A DNA stretch of 64,000 nucleotides, taken from Sulfuricurvum sp. (GTDB lineage Bacteria; Campylobacterota; Campylobacteria; Campylobacterales; Sulfurimonadaceae). The position numbers were made by a program, and so were the translations under genes. Where the stretch lies: positions 13,796 to 77,795 of the forward strand of contig JAUYAU010000001.1 in assembly GCA_030693335.1 (NCBI GenBank), written 5' to 3'. Positions within the stretch are counted from its first letter, which is position 1. Each line of letters starts with the position of its first letter. This document shows positions 59,657 to 64,000 of the stretch, piece after piece. The notes under the pieces are model-generated. The model was not told the origin of the DNA and made no database searches. It saw only the letters and a program-made list of their open reading frames with translations.

Positions 59657-60376
59657 TTAGATTCCGAAAATCTTTTTTGCTCTCTCCAAGTCTTCTACCG
59701 TATCAATTCCAAATCCGCTGCTTGCCACTTTGATCATGGATATTTTTTTGCCGTGATAGAGTGCTCTAAGTTGTTCGAGTTTTTCGATGTCTTCAAGTGG
59801 CGCTTCCCCCAGTGCGCAGAAATCGTGGAGAGATTTTTTGGTAAACCCGTAAATACCGATATGCCCGAAATAAGAAGCTTCTCCACTGCGGTTAAACGGG
59901 ATAGGGGAACGGGAAAAATAGATGGCATTGTGGGCATCATCCGTAATCACTTTGACCATATTAGGGTCATTCGCCGATTCGGTATTGATGGCATTGTAAC
60001 AGCTTGCCATGATGAAAGGTGTATTTTGAGCTTTTAGAGTATTCAGACGTTCAATGAGCTGTGTTAAAACTTCGGTTTCGATAAACGGCTCATCGGCTTG
60101 GACGTTGATGATGAGTTCATCATCAGGAATATCAAGAAGCTGGGCACATTCATTGATACGGTCGGTTCCGCTTTTATGCGTTGTGGAGGTAAGACGTGCT
60201 TCAACGTCGTGAGCCGCACAGATTTCGAGGATTTTTTCATCGTCACACGCGACTACAACGCGGTCAATGGACTTGACCCGTTTGGCGGTACGAATCACCA
60301 TCGGTAAACCGCCGATGTCGGCTAAAACTTTTTGAGGAAAACGGGTTGAGGCGAGACGGGCAGGGATGATAATCAT
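59657..60376 (-). CDS. kdsB: 3-deoxy-manno-octulosonate cytidylyltransferase
   Basis: IIPARLASTRFPQKVL, SGTDRI, NVQADEPF, YFSRSPIP, EKLEQLRAL. Confidence 0.97.
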   Translation of the reverse strand: MIIIPARLASTRFPQKVLADIGGLPMVIRTAKRVKSIDRVVVACDDEKILEICAAHDVEARLTSTTHKSGTDRINECAQLLDIPDDELIINVQADEPFIETEVLTQLIERLNTLKAQNTPFIMASCYNAINTESANDPNMVKVITDDAHNAIYFSRSPIPFNRSGEASYFGHIGIYGFTKKSLHDFCALGEAPLEDIEKLEQLRALYHGKKISMIKVASSGFGIDTVEDLERAKKIFGI

Positions 60377-60393
60377 GATTTGACCTAGTAAAA

Positions 60394-60415
60394 GATATAA
60401 TAAAGCAATTATATC
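60394..60415. promoter_or_regulatory. Palindrome holding opposing TATAAT -10 boxes for fic (+) and kdsB (-)
   Basis: GATATAAT-AAAGCA-ATTATATC, perfect 8-bp inverted repeat. Confidence 0.55.
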
Positions 60416-60529
60416 CCAAAGGGTGATAGATTGGGTGTCTTTTAGAGGTTGTTAGTTCGGAGAAAAGTTCGAAAAACGTCGATAAAGCAATCATTAAATG
60501 AAAAATAAAGATGAAGGGAGGAGCGAGAA

Positions 60530-61597
60530 ATGAAAGAATTTATCCTACAAACTTTACCCCTTCAAAAAGAGATAGAAACCACCAAAATTCTCAAAAAATC
60601 GATCAGTGCAAACCGTGCTTTAGCACGTCTGAACGGTGTGGCGAAGATTATCCCGAACAGTGCGGTTCTCATCAATTCTTTGGTACTACAAGAGGCAAAA
60701 GACAGTTCCGAGATCGAAAATATCATCACGACACATGATGAACTGTACCGTGCCGGTTTGGATATTTCAAGTGTCACTAATGAAGCCAAAGAAGTACAAA
60801 ACTACCGAGAAGCACTGTTACGAGGGTTTTCTCTCGTGCAAGATAATCGTCTGTTGTTAAAAAAGTACATCATAGAGATTCAGCAGATCTTAGAGCAAAA
60901 CAATGCGGGTGTGCGCCGTCAAAGCGGTACGATTCTGAAAAATGTTCAAACGGGGGAGGTCGTTTTTACGCCACCGCAAGAGTATGAGGTCATACAGGCA
61001 CTTTTGGATAATCTCGAAACGTATATCAATGAACCCAACGAGATAGACGATCTCATCAATATGGCGATTATCCATTATCAGTTTGAGTCTATTCATCCGT
61101 TTTATGACGGAAATGGGCGAACGGGGCGAATTATAAATATCTTGTATCTGATTTTAAAAGATTTACTCGATATTCCTATCCTCTATCTGAGCCGCTATAT
61201 CATCACCCATAAGGCGGATTATTATAGACTTCTCCAAGAGGTTAGAACCAAAGATAATTGGGAAGAGTGGATTTTGTATATGCTCGATAGTGTTGAACAA
61301 ACGTCGATTGAGACGATTGAACTGATTGAGGGGATTAATGATTTAATGATAGCTACACAAGATAAAATATCTACCGAACTTCCGAAGATTTACAGTAAAG
61401 ATTTGGTTGAGGTGCTTTTTATGCATCCATATACGAAGATAGAGTTTTTGGTGGATAGGCTACATATCACGAGAAAAACGGCTTCAAAATATCTCAATGA
61501 GCTAGAAATGTTAGGTATATTAAAAACGATACAAATCAAAAATAGTAAATTTTTTATCAATGTTGATTTATTTGAAATATTACGCAAAGGGATATAG
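60530..61597 (+). CDS. Fic family adenylyltransferase (class II, SoFic-like)
   Basis: HPFYDGNGRTGR catalytic motif; SSEIEN inhibitory (S/T)xxxE(G/N) motif; C-terminal HTH-like region. Confidence 0.93.
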   Translation: MKEFILQTLPLQKEIETTKILKKSISANRALARLNGVAKIIPNSAVLINSLVLQEAKDSSEIENIITTHDELYRAGLDISSVTNEAKEVQNYREALLRGFSLVQDNRLLLKKYIIEIQQILEQNNAGVRRQSGTILKNVQTGEVVFTPPQEYEVIQALLDNLETYINEPNEIDDLINMAIIHYQFESIHPFYDGNGRTGRIINILYLILKDLLDIPILYLSRYIITHKADYYRLLQEVRTKDNWEEWILYMLDSVEQTSIETIELIEGINDLMIATQDKISTELPKIYSKDLVEVLFMHPYTKIEFLVDRLHITRKTASKYLNELEMLGILKTIQIKNSKFFINVDLFEILRKGI

Positions 61598-61717
61598 GTA
61601 AAAAAACAGCAAAATTTACGCATAGGATATAAGCTATGGGTAAAAAATCTATAAATTTACCCGTAGGTCTAAACCTATGTTAAAAAAACCGTAAAATTTA
61701 CACATGACTAAAAAAGG
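61592..61717. repeat. Three degenerate palindromic direct repeats with a 41-bp period
   Basis: AAATTTAC core at 61612, 61653 and 61694; unit 2 is CTATGGGTAAA-N11-TTTACCCGTAG. Confidence 0.7.
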
Positions 61718-61724
61718 TATCTAA

Positions 61725-62417
61725 ATGCTCCTTTATCAGCCCGATGGCGGCTATTGTTACAACAGCGATTCGATACTGCTGTACGGATTCATCACACACT
61801 TAAATCCCAAGGGGCGCATGCTTGATGTGGGTGCTGGATGCGGTATTGTGGGACTGCTCACAGGGCGTGATTGTGAGGTACAGCTCGAAGCGGTGGAAAA
61901 ACAGGGTGTTTATGCCGAATTTTCCAGACGCAATGCACAGATTAACCGTATAGAGTATGTTTTGCATGAGTGTGATTTTTTGGAGTATGAGGACAAAGAG
62001 GGGTTTGATTGGATTGTCTCTAATCCCCCATTTTATCATGAAGGTTCCGCACGTTCAGAAAATGCGATGATCCATCAAGCCCGTTACAATGTTCATATGC
62101 CCATAGAGGCATATGCCCGAAAAATCGCGAAGCTTTTACGACCGCAGGGCTCTGCCGTCATCTGTTATGATGCACGACAATTTGCCCAAATTTGCAGTGC
62201 GTTTGAAGCTGTCAAATTAAGAGTCGTTGATGTACAATTCGTCCATTCTAAAAGCGATCGTCCCAGCACGCTGGTGATGTTTCGCGTGAAAAAAAACAGC
62301 AAGTCGGCAATGAACGTATGGGCACCTCTAATTACGTTTGAAAACGATCAATACACTCCCGCCGTACAGGCGATTTATGACAAGGCAAAGGCGCACAGTA
62401 TCAAATGTCCGATTTAA
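61725..62417 (+). CDS. tRNA1(Val) (adenine37-N6)-methyltransferase (YfiC/TrmN6 family)
   Basis: YQPDGGYCYNSDS, LDVGAGCG, IVSNPPFY. Confidence 0.88.
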   Translation: MLLYQPDGGYCYNSDSILLYGFITHLNPKGRMLDVGAGCGIVGLLTGRDCEVQLEAVEKQGVYAEFSRRNAQINRIEYVLHECDFLEYEDKEGFDWIVSNPPFYHEGSARSENAMIHQARYNVHMPIEAYARKIAKLLRPQGSAVICYDARQFAQICSAFEAVKLRVVDVQFVHSKSDRPSTLVMFRVKKNSKSAMNVWAPLITFENDQYTPAVQAIYDKAKAHSIKCPI

Positions 62418-62782
62418 TGAAGCAAGAAGGATTTAGCTACGCATTTGACCCAAGCGCGTGTGCCTCATGCGGCGGAAATTGCTGTACGGGAGAGAGCGGT
62501 AATATTTTTGTTTCCGTAACAGAGATAGCCGGTATCGCAAAGCTGCTGGAGATGGAGGAGGGTGAGTTTCGCCGTACTTATTTACGCAAGGAAGCTTATC
62601 GCTATTCGCTCAAAGAAAAAATGGTAAACGGGTCTCATGACTGTGTGTTTTTCAGTCGTTCACAAAATGGGTGTACTATATATCAAGCACGACCCCTTCA
62701 GTGTCGAACTTTTCCTTTTTGGGACTATTTTCGTCACCGTGTGGATGAGCTTAAAGCCGAATGCCCAGGGATAACTGAATGA
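62405..62782 (+). CDS. YkgJ family cysteine-cluster (Fe-S/Zn) protein
   Basis: CASCGGNCC...CVFF...CTIYQARPLQCRTFPFW...CPG. Confidence 0.9.
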   Translation: MSDLMKQEGFSYAFDPSACASCGGNCCTGESGNIFVSVTEIAGIAKLLEMEEGEFRRTYLRKEAYRYSLKEKMVNGSHDCVFFSRSQNGCTIYQARPLQCRTFPFWDYFRHRVDELKAECPGITE

Positions 62783-64000
62783 TGAAATATGTAATGACTT
62801 TTGTGACTTTTTCAATGATACTTCATGGAACTATTTTGGCTAAAGTGCCGAATGAAATAACCGAAGAGACGTGTGTACTGGCGGCAATGGATGCCCAAAT
62901 GCGACAAAAGCCTGAGATAGCATCCGCGTATTATAAACATTTATATGAAAAAACGGAACAAAAAGAGTATTTGTACAATTCGTTACGTATGTATGAAGGC
63001 GTTAAAGAGACAGCATTATTCTCAAAGGCAGTAAAAGAGGCACTGGCTAAAGATCCTGAGGATAAAATACTGTTGCGCTTTCAGCTTATTTCTTTGCTTA
63101 AAGAGGGACATTATTCAGAAGCTTACCACGAGGCGTTTATTTTGTCTCGACAAACGAAAGAAAGTTCGGATTATCTTTTAAGTGCGGAAGCATTATTGAA
63201 ACTTGGCAATTACCAAAGCGGTTACAATGAGTTAAAAAAAGCTTATGAGATTACCTATGATGAAGAAACAGCTGATCGTATGTCACTTATTATGTATACA
63301 CAGTTAGGCCAAAAAGAAGAAGCTATCCGTTTTTTAAAAGAGCATATTGGTGCCCATGGAAATTCGAAGATAATAGGCAAACGGCTGGGGAGTTTATATG
63401 CCGATAGCGGTGCATTGGAAGACGCCGTGCAAATGTATGAGGCTGCGTACGAAATCAGCAATGATCCTCTCATAGCACAAGAAGCAGTGAAAATTTACGT
63501 ATATCGGCAGGAATCGCAGAAATTACGTATTTTGCTTGAAAAATCAGAGGTGAATGACCCTTTGCTCTTGGAGCTGTATGTACGGGAGAAAGAATTTAAA
63601 AAAGCATCCGTTTTGGCACATAAGCTTTTTAAACGTGATGGAAATCCTCTGTATTTAGCGCAAAGCTCGGTATTTGAATATGAGGCTGCGACGGATCACA
63701 ATGACAGCGGATTATTAAAAAAAGTCATTGAGGGGCTGAAGCAGGCCAATGAACAAATGGAGGATCCGCTGTATCTCAATTATTTGGGCTATCTAATGAT
63801 TGATCATGATTTAGGTGTTGATGAGGGGATGAAATATGTGCAAAAAGCGCTTGACAAACATCCTGATTCTCCCTTTTATCTTGATTCGCTCGCATGGGGA
63901 AAATACAAATTAGGTGAATGTGCTGAGGCATTGCGTTTAATAAGACAAGTGAAGTCAATGATCGGCACCGATGAGCAAGAAGTAAAAGAACATCTAAAAG
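62779..64000 (+). CDS. Exported tetratricopeptide-repeat protein, 3'-truncated by the window (absent from the ORF track)
   Basis: ATGATG overlapping the upstream stop; MMKYVMTFVTFSMILHG signal-like N-terminus; TPR motifs such as YLNYLGYLMIDHD and YLDSLAWGKYKLG; frame runs to the window end. Confidence 0.85.
   Translation, partial: MMKYVMTFVTFSMILHGTILAKVPNEITEETCVLAAMDAQMRQKPEIASAYYKHLYEKTEQKEYLYNSLRMYEGVKETALFSKAVKEALAKDPEDKILLRFQLISLLKEGHYSEAYHEAFILSRQTKESSDYLLSAEALLKLGNYQSGYNELKKAYEITYDEETADRMSLIMYTQLGQKEEAIRFLKEHIGAHGNSKIIGKRLGSLYADSGALEDAVQMYEAAYEISNDPLIAQEAVKIYVYRQESQKLRILLEKSEVNDPLLLELYVREKEFKKASVLAHKLFKRDGNPLYLAQSSVFEYEAATDHNDSGLLKKVIEGLKQANEQMEDPLYLNYLGYLMIDHDLGVDEGMKYVQKALDKHPDSPFYLDSLAWGKYKLGECAEALRLIRQVKSMIGTDEQEVKEHLK

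Noticed and set aside
59637-59662. Functional integron attC site (TCATAAC ... GTTAGAT)
   Set aside because: Only 12 nt between the boxes, no L boxes, R'' and R' match only at TAAC/GTTA, and the GTTAGAT is the kdsB stop region.
61592-61717. 41-bp repeats as a CRISPR array
   Set aside because: Only three degenerate units, about 8-nt linkers instead of 30-40-nt spacers, variation inside the repeat, and no cas genes in the window.
1-64000. tRNA, rRNA, IS elements or prophage genes
   Set aside because: No cloverleaf or rRNA-like segments, transposase or integrase motifs, or phage structural genes were recognised; tRNAscan-SE and ISEScan would be needed to exclude them formally.

Overview
A 64-kb chromosomal window from a Campylobacterota (epsilonproteobacterial) genome. 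Gene content and synteny (Cj1460-like/rsmD/flgI-J-M-N-K; fabZ-lpxA-clpX-mreB-mreC-carB; Rrf2-flhA divergent from rpsO) suggest a free-living Sulfuricurvum/Sulfurimonas-like organism, which is an inference. About 58 CDSs can be supported; the first (GGDEF) and last (TPR) are truncated by the window. I saw no rRNA, tRNA, CRISPR array, transposase or integrase. Accessory blocks interrupt the core genes: (i) FNT transporter + cyanase + fused PP2C/Ser-Thr kinase; (ii) a two-component system ahead of a porin-DUF485-actP-DUF294 nucleotidyltransferase-exonuclease-acs acetate cluster, with an 11-bp-period direct repeat at its promoter; (iii) two paralogous PAS-GGDEF-EAL genes coupled to a split CetAB-like receptor with a CZB domain; (iv) an RsbQ/KAI2-like hydrolase paired with an RsbP-type PAS domain fused to a hybrid His kinase instead of a PP2C phosphatase; (v) a Fic gene followed by three palindromic repeats with an exact 41-bp period. 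Blocks (iv), (i), (v) and (ii) are the best candidates for uncharacterised systems. All calls come from motif and sequence recognition by eye; no database searches were run.
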